From Camelus dromedarius (taxonomy: Eukaryota), in contig NC_087436.1 in the NCBI RefSeq assembly GCF_036321535.1, forward strand, positions 109,308,001 to 109,372,000: a stretch of DNA of 64,000 nucleotides, given 5' to 3'. Below are positions 14,066 to 26,937 of the stretch, in pieces; the stretch's first letter is position 1, and every line of letters begins with the position of its first letter. The notes beneath the pieces were generated by a model, which saw only the letters and a program-made list of their open reading frames with translations, did no database searches and was not told the origin of the DNA. The position numbers were made by a program, and so were the translations under genes.

Positions 14066-14504
14066 CAAACTGCTCTTTGCATTTTGATATAATTCAGGAA
14101 AACCCTAGCGTACGCATGTTATGTTCGGCCAACTTTCTCCGGGCATGCTTCTCAAGGTACCTGCCTTAGGTTTTACTAGCCACTCTCCAGATACCCTAAG
14201 TCCCACCACCAAACCTGCTTTCCTGTGCCCTCTACAGCACCTGCCTCCTCTCCCTTCCTTCAGCCTCACCCAGCCATGCTATTCTCAACACCATCTAGAA
14301 ATTGGAAGGAGTCAATATGTTGAGACAAGTGCAGCTATCTGAGTGACTGCTGCTACTAGATGTCTTGCTAATGGGTCCACATTGGTATCATCTCAAATAC
14401 TGTAAGGAAGTAGATAATTCAGACAGGGTGCAAGCCCTGTCTTTCCTTAATTTTTTTTTTTTTTGAGATTCCCAGTGGTTCTTTATTCATTCCCAAAGTA
14501 ACAG

Positions 14505-14700
14505 CTAACATATATTAAGCCTACTACATGATGGTCACTGTTCTGAGAGGTTCACATGAATCACCCCATTCATTCAGCCCCACAAATAGGTGCTATGGTG
14601 ACTTCTGTTTTGGAGGGAGGCCCCCAGCTCACAGAAAGCAGAGCCAGAACTCAAATTCAGGTGGGGGGACTCCAGAACATACCCTCTGAATCACTCCTTT
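14505..14700 (-). mobile_element. MIR SINE remnant
   Basis: agctaacatatattaagcctactacatg...gcagagccagaactcaaattcagg...actccagaac, a reverse MIR pattern. Confidence 0.65.
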
Positions 14701-16679
14701 CAAAGAGAGACAGTCTAAACATTCCTAAACAATAATTCAAAATAATGTCATCCTGAACTTTCCTTTTCCCCAATATTTTTTTGGTGAAAAACATAGTTTT
14801 ATACAGCCCCCTTCTTAAATATCTATGAATGAATCACCTGAAAATAAAATACCAAGCTTTATTTTTTTGAAAAAACTAGCTCTCTAGTCAGTTCACTATT
14901 TTAAAGATCTATTTAAAGTACCTAAAGTTGAGAGAAAAATGAAAATACATATAAAACATTTTTCTCAGAATTCAAGTAACTCATCATTTCCTGAAAATCA
15001 TTCATGATTTTAATGTGTCTAAACCAACCATGTGTATAAGACAAGGTAGTGTCACATGAAAAAAGGTAGGTAATAGGTGAGTGGCAACGTGCATAGAAAA
15101 CAATAGGACTGCACTTTTTTCCTCTAAAAGAATATCGATACACCTTTGGTTCCTGCTCTTCTCTTCCCTCTCCCATCAGTACTAAGAATAAACGGAAATA
15201 CAAACATTAAAATAAAAAGTGAAACCCTTCCAAAATATGCAATGAAGGAGAATAATTTAAAGCAGAGTTTCTTGTACAATGACCAGAAATTAAATCTTTA
15301 AAGATTTTTAAAAATCCAGAATTAAGTTAAAGACTATTAAATTGCATGTCAATTTCTAAACAGAGCTGCAGAAAAAGTAACCTAGCATCTTCTAATACCA
15401 CAGAATACTTCTTAGAGACTTGAAGATGAGAGTGTCATAATAACTTTGATGTAAATGTGTTAAAGAAGTTAAAATCCGATAGTCCAAGAACACAAAAAAA
15501 GCAAATAGGGAATTAAGGGCATCTCAGAGGAGGATTTATAGGAACCAACATAAATTAGCTGCCTTAAGCAGACAAGGTGTGTCAGTTACTTATTGTTCCC
15601 AGCAAGGATACTCTGTTGTGTTGAAGGACAGATAACAGAGATTCAGGAATATCCAGCTCCAGTGTCATCACCAGCTAGACGGAATCTGCCCACAAGATCT
15701 CAGGGCTGATTGAGAATTCTCTGGACGGTAATTCATGGTTTCAGAAAGGCGTGTAATGGGTGTCTCTGAGGTTTTTTTTTTTTCAGGGCAAAGATGTGAG
15801 AGATCCCAGTAACTGTTTCCTCTGTGGGAGGGGCTATTTTTGAGTGTGACCTTCCGTGGGGTGAATGATCTGTATCACACGCTAAACGCCACTGGCCTCT
15901 GAAATGCTGATCCTTAACAACCTCAACTTGAAGGGCAGCCTGAGCATCACTGACAAGCACTGTTTCAAATTATTATCTGCCAGCTGCTCCTGTGGCTTGC
16001 ACATTGCTAGAGGTTAGTCTGTTATTGTTTCAACTTTCACCTCAGTTCAATTAATATTTGCACCCTCTGCCCCAATCCAAAATATAAAATGTAAACAATT
16101 TTACCAAAGGTGGTAAAAAAAAATGTATGTCTCATATTTACCTGTCATTGTAAATGTAAGGTATTTACAACGCACCTGGTCTGTTTCAAGGGTTTGATAA
16201 ATTCTCCCTTAAAAAGTCTATCTTTTACAATCTCCTGTTTCTCATACATAAATGCCTTCTTCTCAGGAAAATTTCCACTTGTCTTTTAAAAATGTTTTAT
16301 TCTAACATTTTTAAAGCAAATTTTTAATACTTAGCTAGCACTAGATAAATTTTATATTTCTACCCTTTGTATTCCATGGTAGGGAATACAAACTTAGTAA
16401 TAAAAATGTTGCTTCCTCTTCATGCCCCTTATTTCTGGCTATTTCTCTGTATATTCAGAGAGATTATGATAAATACTCTGAAAAAACTTTGGAGAACGTT
16501 TTGTACTCTCTTCACATCTCTTCTATTGATTACATACTATAAGAAGAAAATGAGAATTAAAATCATGCTAAATATAGATATTTAAAAGTCAGATTTCTTA
16601 CAGACACATTAGCCCAGGATGAGAAAATAATCCCTAAGCTCAGCTTCTGAAAAACGGGAAAGGAGACGCTGAAAAGTAT

Positions 16680-16900
16680 AATAATAATACTTCTTTAAGT
16701 GCCAACTCTGCATCAAGTGTTTTGTGAAGCTATGTACATGACCTTACTAAATCATGCACCACCACTATGAGGTATAATATATAATAGTTATCTCTGTTTT
16801 AATGGGCATAAAACTGAGGTTTTAAAAGATAAAGCAATTTGATCAAGATCAAGATTACAATGGAGCTGAAATCAAGGGTTTTCTGAAGCCACTCTTACCT
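16680..16900 (-). mobile_element. MIR SINE remnant
   Basis: tatctctgttttaatgggcataaaactgaggtt...aagcaatttgatcaagatc, the reverse MIR core. Confidence 0.6.
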
Positions 16901-17915
16901 AATGTCTCTGGTTTTAAAAATGGGGAGAGGAGTTTGTATCTGTTTAGAAAGCAAAATCAACAGCACAACCAGTTAGCGGCCACCCCTGTTGCACAGGACA
17001 CCAGGCAATAGCGTATGAAATTACAAGGTGCCTCCACAGAGGGGAGTCTAGGTTCTCTGCACCCTGGGCTCCCTGCCAGGACCGAGCACAGCAGCAGAGG
17101 AGCTGGAGCAACACCTGCATCCAGGACAGACGGACGCTGCCAGGAGGACAAATAATTTTTTTGTAAATGTTATCTAAAAGCGCTGTTCCAACTGCATTAA
17201 AACCAAATCAGCCCTATCATTCCCAAACTTTCATTCTGAAAGCGTTTTCACCAATATTCCTTCCAGTGCAGCAGACACAAATTGCTTTGAAAACAGACAA
17301 GAGCGATGTATGTATATATACAGTTCATGCAGAAAAGTCTCTCATTCCACGTAAAGTTGTGAAATTCAGTCTAAAAGGCATAATTCAAGCAGAAGGGTAT
17401 CCAACAGGAATGAAAGACTGAACTCAATGTAAAATATTTGACATTCGTCGCTTCCACAAATACATTGTAACAGTGCAAACTAAACTACTCATTTCAGGGG
17501 AGGTATAAAGGACACAGCATCCAGCAAACACTGTCACAAAGGATGAGCCCAAAACAGATGTGGGAAAAATAAACAGCCTTGCTGCTTCAGAATTTACAAA
17601 ACGGTCCACAAAGAGCAAAGAGGCCTTCTCACCACCGTTCAACTTCAAGGCCCATAAAAACTGCTGCATGAGAAACCCCCTCAGATAGATTCAATGTTCT
17701 GCTAAACTTCTAACAGTGCACTTGCATTAAAGCCCTCGAAGACCGCAGTCAGTGAATGTAATTCAAGATAGTTCAATATTGCTTATCAACAGGCAAGAAT
17801 AATTTGATGCTTAACAAATGTCACAGTCTATGACACACACCTGATCATCTTGGTGCATGATTTTGCTCAAGCAACATACATACTGAGCCTCTTTACTGAG
17901 TCTGATGTGTTTTTT

Positions 17916-18029
17916 CTAATTTTTATTTATTTTTTTTAACTTTTTTTTTTTAAATGGCGGTACTGGGTATCGAACCCAGGACTTCATGCATGCTAAGCAC
18001 GCATTCTACCACTGAGCTATCCCCTCCCC
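17916..18029 (-). mobile_element. tRNA-Ala-derived SINE (camelid Vic-1-like) with A-rich tail and TSD
   Basis: Minus strand GGGGAGGGGATAGCTCAGTGGTAGAATGCGTGCTTAGCATGCATGAAGTCCTGGGTTCGATACCCAGTACCGCCA plus A-rich tail; A and B boxes present. TSD tctgatgtgtt(t/c)ttt at 17901-17915 and 18030-18044; TT/AAAG L1 endonuclease-type target. Confidence 0.9.
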
Positions 18030-21000
18030 TCTGATGTGTTCTTTAAGGAGTCTTTCCCAAGAAAATAACTGCAGTGATTTTAAGCTTGGGTGTAAAGATG
18101 CCAGAGAACAATTCGTTTGAGATGAGCTTGCATTCCTTTCCAAGGAGAGTAGCACTATAAGGTTACTCTTACTTTAAGAAAAAGAATGTGTGATGCGTTG
18201 CCTATAAACTTGCAGAATTGGTCAGAAGAGGGATTCTGTACCTCCTTGAAGAACAGGGGATAAGAGGTGCCCTCCCTCAGACCTGTTCCACAACACAATC
18301 TCTACCTGGACTCATGGGTAGCGACCTATAGCGAAAATTCTAGGGTGCCACAGTTCCTCAGCCCCACGCTGGCTGGGTCACACGCTCACGTGTGCTGTGT
18401 GCACCCCGGGAGAACTCACTTAGCACCTTCAAAAAAGACAGGTGCCTTTTAGATTTCCTTTCAGGAGTCACACTTAGGCTCTATTGTAAAGACATTTTTA
18501 AATTACAGTTGAGTATTGTCTTCCTATCTACTTGGTAGAAACTTTAAAATATCTAATGTGAGCAGGTTTCTTTTCCAAGATTCCTTGCATGACTTCATTA
18601 TAATAATATTTTCAAGACTTTTTTTTTTTGTTTTCAAGCAAAAATGAGTATCCAGTGACAAAGTAGAAAAATTGTAATCTGAAATCCAAAGATACTAAAA
18701 CTTGCAGCATTTAGAGCAACACTGTCTTAAAAGAACATCTTAACACCTTATTGGTCGGAACAAAGGAGCCGTCCAAGTCCTTGCTTTCATCACTTCTGTA
18801 ATTTCCTTATTGTAAGGGTATAAGATGACTGTGAAGTTAATGAAAAATCTAACATCCAAGGTTTCCAGTGGTGTGCTACTGGTTCTCAGTAATGTAACCT
18901 AGACATATTCACATTTTACTTTGCATTAGGAGCATTTCATTGCATTCAGCACAAAATGCCCTAACATTTTTTTGAACAACCTTAAAAAAATCTCAAAAAC
19001 ATTCTCATACTCTTGCCATTTGTGTTATCAAAGAACTTGCAAAAGCTGAACTGGCCTGGGTCTCTTTAAAAGGCCAAAAGATAGAACTTTAATGACTGCA
19101 GCAAAATCTGGTAAGACGTAAGTGAACAACAGAACTTTATACCAGCACACAAAAGTCCTGGACCCCAATGTGATTTTGTTTTTACCTTTAACACATTATG
19201 CAGTAACCAAGAAGTACCTTGAATTAATAATTCTGCATGGAGATCTAATTGCAGGTATGCACAGGTATCTTCTGTGAAGTATAAAGAGGTATAACTTGTA
19301 AATATTCCAATTTCTTACTGTAGCTTATTTGTCATCTGTTTTTTCCTTAATTTCCAATGAATATCGCTTAATGACATCAGATTGCATGTGAACATTTGAT
19401 TAAACAACATGAGACCTGTTGCCACAATCTACACAAGGCACATTGTCAAGGCTTCACTCTCATGCCAGATAAGGAGGTACTACTGGCAACCGAGCATCCA
19501 GGGGATTCTGCCAGCGCACATGTTAGGTGCGGGAGTACAGCAGGAAGCTGTCAACACAGGAAGCACCGTGTGCTCATAGTGTGTAGGCGTGATCAAAACT
19601 TGCTCCTTTTACAACGATTCATAGCCACATTCTGATCATCGTATCATCTGATGTTTTCTATACAATACAAAGAAGGGAGTAAGTGCAAAGGGAGGCAGTG
19701 AGACAGGAAAGGAAGGAAGAAAGGGAAATTCGGAGGGAGGATTTTAATCTCCATCTACTTCTTGACTGATAACCTTTTATTTCATCAATTCTTTGAGGTG
19801 GAAAAATTGTGGGGTTTTTTTTGTAGCTGTAACGCTTTGATTTACCAATCATCATTTTATCATCCTATGCTAAAACTAAATTCAACCTAATAACATGACC
19901 CTGTTACTTGAGAGATTAAAAGTTGGGTTTCGAAAAAGCCCAGATCTTATCCCTCTGTTTCCAGGTGTCTTCTTTCTCTAGATCAAGTTAAAAACTCTAG
20001 CAAAATAAAACAGAAAGAAAAAAACTTACGTTTATTGAAATATTCCTAAAATATCATTTGGAATTGTTTTTATGTTATCATTCTAAAATGAAAAAATAAC
20101 TTAGAACCATAAATTGCACACGAGTAAAGTGAAGGTTTTTATTTTTTTTGTTCTTCACACAAAGAATGAAAATTAAGTTGCTATAATATAGTATAAATGG
20201 CATTTACAACATAAACCTGCATTTATATAACTTTTCATGATTTTTGGAGTTTGAATTTAAAATTCACGTCTAAATTGCTAAAAAACATATAAGCTCACAT
20301 GAGATATAATTATTTAAAAGTTAGCTCATTGATTACATCCTGTTTCTTACACTGTCCCTTGCAGCTTTTTGAAAGGGAAAAAAAAAAAAGCAATTTGTGT
20401 GATGTTAATGACATAACTTACTATAAGAAGAATATATACCATAGTAATATTACTGTAAGGCCACAGTAATTGGGATTATAGAATTCTCTGGGTGACTTTT
20501 CTTGATTTTAATTTTTTAATTAATATACTGAACACAATTTAAAATAGTTTGTTCCACAATAACTTGAATTCATTCTTTAGCAAAACTGCTTGCCATTTAA
20601 TGTATTTAAAAAAAATAAATATTTGAAAAGTGTATCCACAATGTTCCTAAGAAATGGTTTTGAATTCCAGAGTCCCAAGGAGATGAATTGGCTGTCAAAT
20701 AACAATGTGCTTCCATCAGATGGACTTGGCAGTTGTAAACAAAAGGAATTTTCTCAGCTTTTCCTCACAAATATGAAATATTTGCTCTCAGCCAACAGCT
20801 GGGGTGATTTAAAGAAGTCCTGCATATATATTAGTTTTCATTCAAAATTACACATCCTCCTCCCACTCTGAAACATCTGACTGCATCTTAGTAGAATAGA
20901 AAATTGTTCTGAGATGAAGTGACATTCCCGGGTGAAGTAAAAGTCAAAAAACAGGACTCACTTACAACTCTAATCAAATTTCAGATCATAAGGCATCTGG

Positions 21001-22781
21001 TTAATAATTTTTAGGAAAAGTTAGTTTATTCAAGATGAAGTTCAAATGATACTCCAAAGTGGTTCGAAAAATAATGAAGAAGCCTGTTCTGTTTCAGTGT
21101 TTCTGAAAATATTTAAAACTACAATATAAACAAAATAGAGACTTCAGGAAAAGCCACTGAGATTCTCCTTCAACGATGTCAAAGTTGTTTAAGAAAAAAA
21201 ATATACATATAGCTCACATGGAAACACATATATACATGAATACTAAACACATATCTATGAATAACTAAAAGTTGTTCATGAAAAAAACTGTTAATGTTTA
21301 AATGATAATTTAAAATTATCTATTCACCTTATCAGATATTTAATTTTTTTTTACTCAGGTTTTTAATGGATAAGTTAAAAATACCTTTGTCAAGTACTCA
21401 CTAGAAATTAGCTATTTATGAAAAAGATCAAAGAATACTTTCAGAGTATTTTTATATACTAAGGGACAGGTTATAAACTTACAAACTTAACCAAATGTTT
21501 ACCTTATTTTTAGTCCTTCCCCCAAACTAGCTCTAAGTAGTGGTTTTAAATTTATTTTGAATGTCACAATTATATTTTCTACATTGTAATATTTATCATG
21601 AACAAAATTTTATAGCAAAATAAATTAAGTATCTGTGTGTTTAATTTTACTTGAGGTTATAAAAATGTAGTTTATATTTACAAATATCTTAGAAGTTGAC
21701 AAGCCATTTTTGTACTTACAATTACACAAAATTAACTTTTGCCCTTGGGTCCAATAAATCTGAATATGAGCTATGCCTAAAATGAACTTCGTATTTCACT
21801 ATTTTAAATAAAATTTTTATTTTTACCTACAGTGCTTCTTAAAGCAGGCATTGAAACTTATTAAAATAATTGTTGCTACTTTTAATAGAGCTGTTATTTG
21901 TCATTAAAAATACAAAGCTACTAAACTTGAATTATCAAGACATACGAGATATGGAATTAATATTTCAAATTACAAAGTGTGTATTTTACCCTAATTATTT
22001 CAGACAGAGGTTTTATCTTTTGTAAGTATATTCCATAGACACAAAATAATAATGGTCGTTAAGTAATATATGATTTTGTGTCTGAAAAATAAAAATATAT
22101 TTTAAATTCTGAAGTCCACATTTTATTTTCTTGGGAAAAAAGAATCAATGTTAAATGACGTGCTTTGATAGCATAATTCTTACTTCCATTTCTACTAACC
22201 TTTAAATTCTTTTTCCAGCAAAAAATATTTAGAAAGCTACTATAAAATAATGAAATAAAACTGTGAATAGCAGTTATTAACAATGCTCACCACATGTGTT
22301 AAATATCAGAAAGTAAATCTTTATCACTAAGAACTTTAAATATTTCTTCAAATGTCACTAATGACCCACACACAGCAACAGCATGAAAACTAAAATAACT
22401 ACTAGCAAAATTTTCTTTTCTATAACACACCATAAAGGCAAATAAAATTCCCACCTGTCTTCCTACATAAGCAAATACAACAAACTAGATAAAGAATACG
22501 ACAAATATGTACATCTCTAAGTTCAAAACAATGGCTATCAAGGGAGTAAATGACTCAGGAAAGTTAAGTCTGTATTTTTGAACTTTATTACAAGTTAGTA
22601 CTATTTACGCAAAAATTCTACAACTTCTAATTGTAAATCAGTCTGAAAATCATTTATTCAACCTCTTGTTTCTGTAAACTTACAAAGACTAAGACATAGA
22701 ATTGAAGACATGGTCCTTGCAATTCAAGTATTTTTAAAAATATAGTTATGTCGTCATAAGTTTAGAATTGAAAATACTTAC

Positions 22782-22853
22782 AGTCTCTCCAGTTCTTTAA
22801 GATCCTGGAATGCTCCTCTTTCAATAGTGCTAATCTTATTCTCCATAAGCTGA
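22782..22853 (-). CDS. SLIT2: SLIT2 coding exon 3 (72 nt, one LRR)
   Basis: Minus strand reads (L)[23 protein letters not shown](L); acceptor tactttgcctttcAG, donor GTAAGT. Confidence 0.97.
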
Positions 22854-24002
22854 CTGAAAGGCAAAGTATAAGAGAAGTCTTAATGTTAACACTCAGCATC
22901 TAAAAAAGTTTCAATTCAGCAGCTGAAAACTTTTCCCTCTATGAAGTTAAATATTGCTCTGCTTTGAGATTTGGTATCAAATCTAATGATGATATGCTTG
23001 AGAAAAATCAGGGAGGGAAGGTAGCATCCACATCATAAAACTTTCATAGAAAATACTAATTCAGTTTTGCACAAAATTTAGTCAAAATTCTGAACCTTAA
23101 ACCATAGTACATCCTGAGGGAGCAGCCCATGACACTGCAACTTTGATGGCTGTTTTTCAAGTCAGTTCTTAACTGAAAGAATCAATATACAAGAATTCAT
23201 TATAGACATACTTCAATTCACAGATGGATGGATGTTAGAAATTGGAAGAATTCATAAAGGCTAAAAGGTGTCTTTTAAAATTGAACAGTGAACACACAAT
23301 GATCAAAAGTATATGTTCACTGCAATGTAAATATTTACAAATCTGTGGGTGAAAACAACTTTACATTACATTGAATCTCAAATGACGGTTCATTCACATG
23401 CTAATTAAAGAAGTAATCATACTGCAACAATTTTATAAAAGCTGCAAAGATAAAAAAACACAAGAAACAATTTAAAATCTGACCAAAATATTTTTACAGA
23501 GAAACAGTTCCCACCAAAAACCCTGCGAAAACCTGGACTGCCAGATTTTAATGTTAGAAATTATATCTAAGTGTTGTTTGCTAGAAAAGTCTGAACATTT
23601 TTAGGTTAGTAATTATAAAATGCAGACCCACTTAAATTCTTCCTAGTTAATTCCAAGGCCTAAAAGTATATAGAAAGTCTCACATTACTCATTCATATTG
23701 TGAAAGCAATTATTCTACACTTTTATATGCATAAGGCACTTAGGATATAGTATAGCAAACATCTGAGGTCATTTCCATAATATTGTTTATATGGCCTGCA
23801 TCCAACCTTAAAATAAAAGCCTACATTTTTAATAAAATTTGTAGTACACTGTTAAACAAAAAAAAGAAAGGCCACCAAGACCTTCTAAAAAATTATGTTT
23901 CTGTTACTGGGAAGGTTTTTACAACTGAGATCAGCAAAGATTCAAAATATGCAACCTTAAAAAACAAAGAGAATGCTCCAAAACACAGAAGAACATACTT
24001 AC

Positions 24003-24074
24003 AGAACTCTTAGGTGCCTAAGACCAGCAAAGTCTGTCTTGGTAATCCGTGTGATGTTATTTCCATTTAAATCC
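24003..24074 (-). CDS. SLIT2: SLIT2 coding exon 2 (72 nt, one LRR)
   Basis: Minus strand reads (L)[23 protein letters not shown](L); acceptor ttgttttttctcAG, donor GTAAGT; in frame with exon 1. Confidence 0.97.
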
Positions 24075-26758
24075 CTGAGAAAAAACAAATTAAGAAAATG
24101 AAAGGCCCATGTAATTTCTAGCAACATTTGGCTAAACAAAGAAAAATACAAGCTACATAAGAACTTTGAGATGAAAGATCAGTTTCAATTACTAAAGTAG
24201 TTCACAAAGTAAAAGAGAGAGAAGGAAGTAATCTTTGAAAGAAAATTCTTAAAATGATTCTTAACAAGTTTACAGAGTCCATGCTCGTTGGCATATGACA
24301 AGAAAATGAAGTGATTATGTTATACGAAAACTCTTGTGTGTGTGTGGGAGAGCTTTCAATTTTTGTTTTTATAAGGATGTGTATATTAATTTCACAGGTA
24401 TTCTACTGTTTACTATTATTGTTAGGCACATTCCCAGAAAGTTGCCTTCAGGAAGTTAAAATGAACAATTTTCTAATACTATTTAGGAAAAAATTTTAAA
24501 AATTCAGAAGCGTAAACTTAGGTGCCCACAGTAGCTAAACTTCCTAAGGCAATGAGTAAAGTCAGAGTGTCATCAAAAGAACTGCACTTCAAAGACTCGC
24601 ATTTAGAGGCATTTACCTTCCAACAATTCTATGTTTGTATGAAAACTAAACTCTTCATTTGCAGCTCAGGGACCCCCGCTGTGACAGTAAAGTAAAAACT
24701 ACTAGCAGGGGCAGAAATGGAAGCAGTATTCAGGCCCTGACGTTTTTGTTCAGATTTCAGCACCAAGTTTCCTTCAAGAGTACAACCCCCTTTTCTGGCA
24801 TCTTAGGTCAAGATCTAAACTTGCCCTGGTTCCAATCATTTCAAGTAAAACCAAGTTTGGCTGTGGTTTCAATGTCCTTCTTCACGGAAGTAAACCTTAC
24901 CTTGACTTTAAAACATCACTTTTGAAATCTGTATTTAATATGTTTATGTTGTCAACGATAAAATTTTATAAGCCTGACCTGATGTAAACTATTTTCTGAA
25001 AATTCTTTATAGGTCTCTCATTGGGCTATTTTTTTTCCAAGTCCCTAAAACTCGATTGCTATTTTTTCCCTTAATGCATTTCCTTTTTTGTTGAATAAGA
25101 CGTGTCACTGCTTAAACTTTAAACTGTTCTGAACAGCATGAAATGACAAGTGATAAAACAGAAGTCTGCATTGCTTTTTCCCCAACTTACTTTCCGGGCT
25201 GAGCGAAGAACTACCGAACTGTCCCTACCATAGTCAGGGTCCTCTTCCTGCTTCTTGACAGAACAAGAATTCCCCGCCCCATAGCCCATCCCAGGCAAAC
25301 TTGGTAGATCGCATTTTGACCAGACACCCTCTGTAGGCCCCCAACTTGCCCAGCGCGCCGGGCCTGGAAGAAGGGACGAGAAGGGGTAGGGGGAGGCCCA
25401 GGGAGCTTCAGGGTGGGGGAGCCATTTGCAAAGGGAGAAATGGCTCAACTCTGGCCTTTACACTGAGGGCGAGGGAAAGGGGTTGGATAAGAAGAGCGAC
25501 TCGACGCGCTGCGGGCTCCGCGGGTGGAGACGTGCGGGGCCGAGCGGGTGCCCTCGGAGGCCTGCCACACTCACCCCCCCGGGCGCAGAGGCCGGGAGCG
25601 CAGCCCGGGAGCGCTCGCCCCGCCGGGCCCACGCGCGACGGCGCGGCGCGGGGCGGCGGCCTCGGCGTTCACAAAGGGAACGGCCTCCACGCTCCGCTTC
25701 CCTGAACTCGGGAAGCGCCCCGCAAGGAGCGCGTGGGCCGTCAACACTGGGGCTGCGATTTACTTCTTCATTAGAGACTCGAAGAGACAGGGAGGCGGGG
25801 ATGTCTGCGGGCAGCAGAGCGCGAAGAGAGGAAGGAAGGGGAGCTGCTGCCGCGTGAAGGGATGCAGAAACTGCCAGAAAGGTGCAAAGGGGGCACCGGG
25901 GCTCAGCAGGAAGGGCTGGAGAGGGCAGCCGAGGGCCGCGGGGTCGCCAAAGCGGTCGGACCCGACTTGGCTGGTTCCTGTGGGAGGGCCAGCCCTAACT
26001 TCGCCTAGTCGATAGGATGCGGTTCTCCTCCGGAGTCTCCCCCTCGGACAGATCCCTGGGGGCTCGCCGCCGCCGCCGCCTCCCTCCCGTGGAAGTGGGA
26101 GGCCGGGGAAGGGTCGCGGGGGGCCATGCGCGGCCACCGGGGGAGCTGCCGCTGTCCTGAGATACCTTTCTTTCCGCGGCCAGTAGAAGCGCCCCCGGGC
26201 GGACCCAGCTGCCCCACGACCCCTTCTCCTTTCCCTGATTCCCCAGGAGGGCGACACAAAGCCGGGGGAAGGAGGTTTCTCTCTTTTGAGCCCCCCTCCC
26301 CGCCATCCCCTCTCCTCGCGCCACCCGGCGGTGACAAGAGCGGGTACTCGGCCCTGAACAGACCCGCGAGAGTTCCCAACCGCAAGGTGACTGACTCCGT
26401 TTACAGAGTCCGAGGAACAAAGTCGCGTCTCCTTTGCCCCGGGCATCCGCGACTACTTGTTCCCCATCTCTCTTCCTCCCCAGCCTCAGATATCTCGCCC
26501 GCAAAGGGCTGCGAGTGGCGGGACTAGAGCGGGAGGAAGGGATCAAGCGCAGCTGCAAGCGGGCCCGCCCCTCCTTGGGCAGCGGCCCCTCCCTGGGCAG
26601 CGCCCTACCAGAGTTCAAGCCCAGGATGCGCGTTCAGGAAAGCTGGTGAGGGCTGCCCCAGGCACAGGTCCCTGTGCCTCTTGGTCCCTCCAGTCTTCAA
26701 GCAGGGGCCACGCAACCCCGATGGTGAGGAGGAAGGGGGAGGAAGAGCTCATACTCAC

Positions 26759-26937
26759 AGTCTCTCGGTGTTGCGGGGGATGTTCCTGGGCACACTGCGC
26801 AGCGCCAGTCCGTGACAGTCCACTGTGCTCCCAGAGCAGGAGCACTGCGCCGGGCACGCTTGCGGCGCCACCTTGTTCAGGATCGCCAGCACTAACCCCA
26901 GCGACAGGGACAGCGTCTGCCAGCCGACGCCGCACAT
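26759..26937 (-). CDS. SLIT2: SLIT2 coding exon 1 (signal peptide + LRR N-terminal cap), 179 coding nt
   Basis: Translates to [59 protein letters not shown](L), the recognisable SLIT2 N-terminus. ATG at 26937-26935 in AAG-ATG context; donor CT|GTGAGT (GT at 26758-26757); phase 2. Confidence 0.98.

Noticed and set aside
14421..14464. Hairpin agacaggg-tgcaag-ccctgtct followed by a T run, resembling an intrinsic terminator
   Set aside because: Mammalian intron context; an 8-bp stem near a poly(T) tract is expected by chance.
17955..18029. Functional tRNA-Ala gene
   Set aside because: Poor acceptor stem, A-rich tail and TSD indicate a retroposed SINE.
24756..24775. REST/RE1 site (TTCAGCACC...)
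   Set aside because: Only the left half matches; the GGACAG half is absent.
26755..26937. 60-aa ORF as a complete small gene
   Set aside because: Its TGA is part of the GTGAGT splice donor; the frame continues into exons 2-4.
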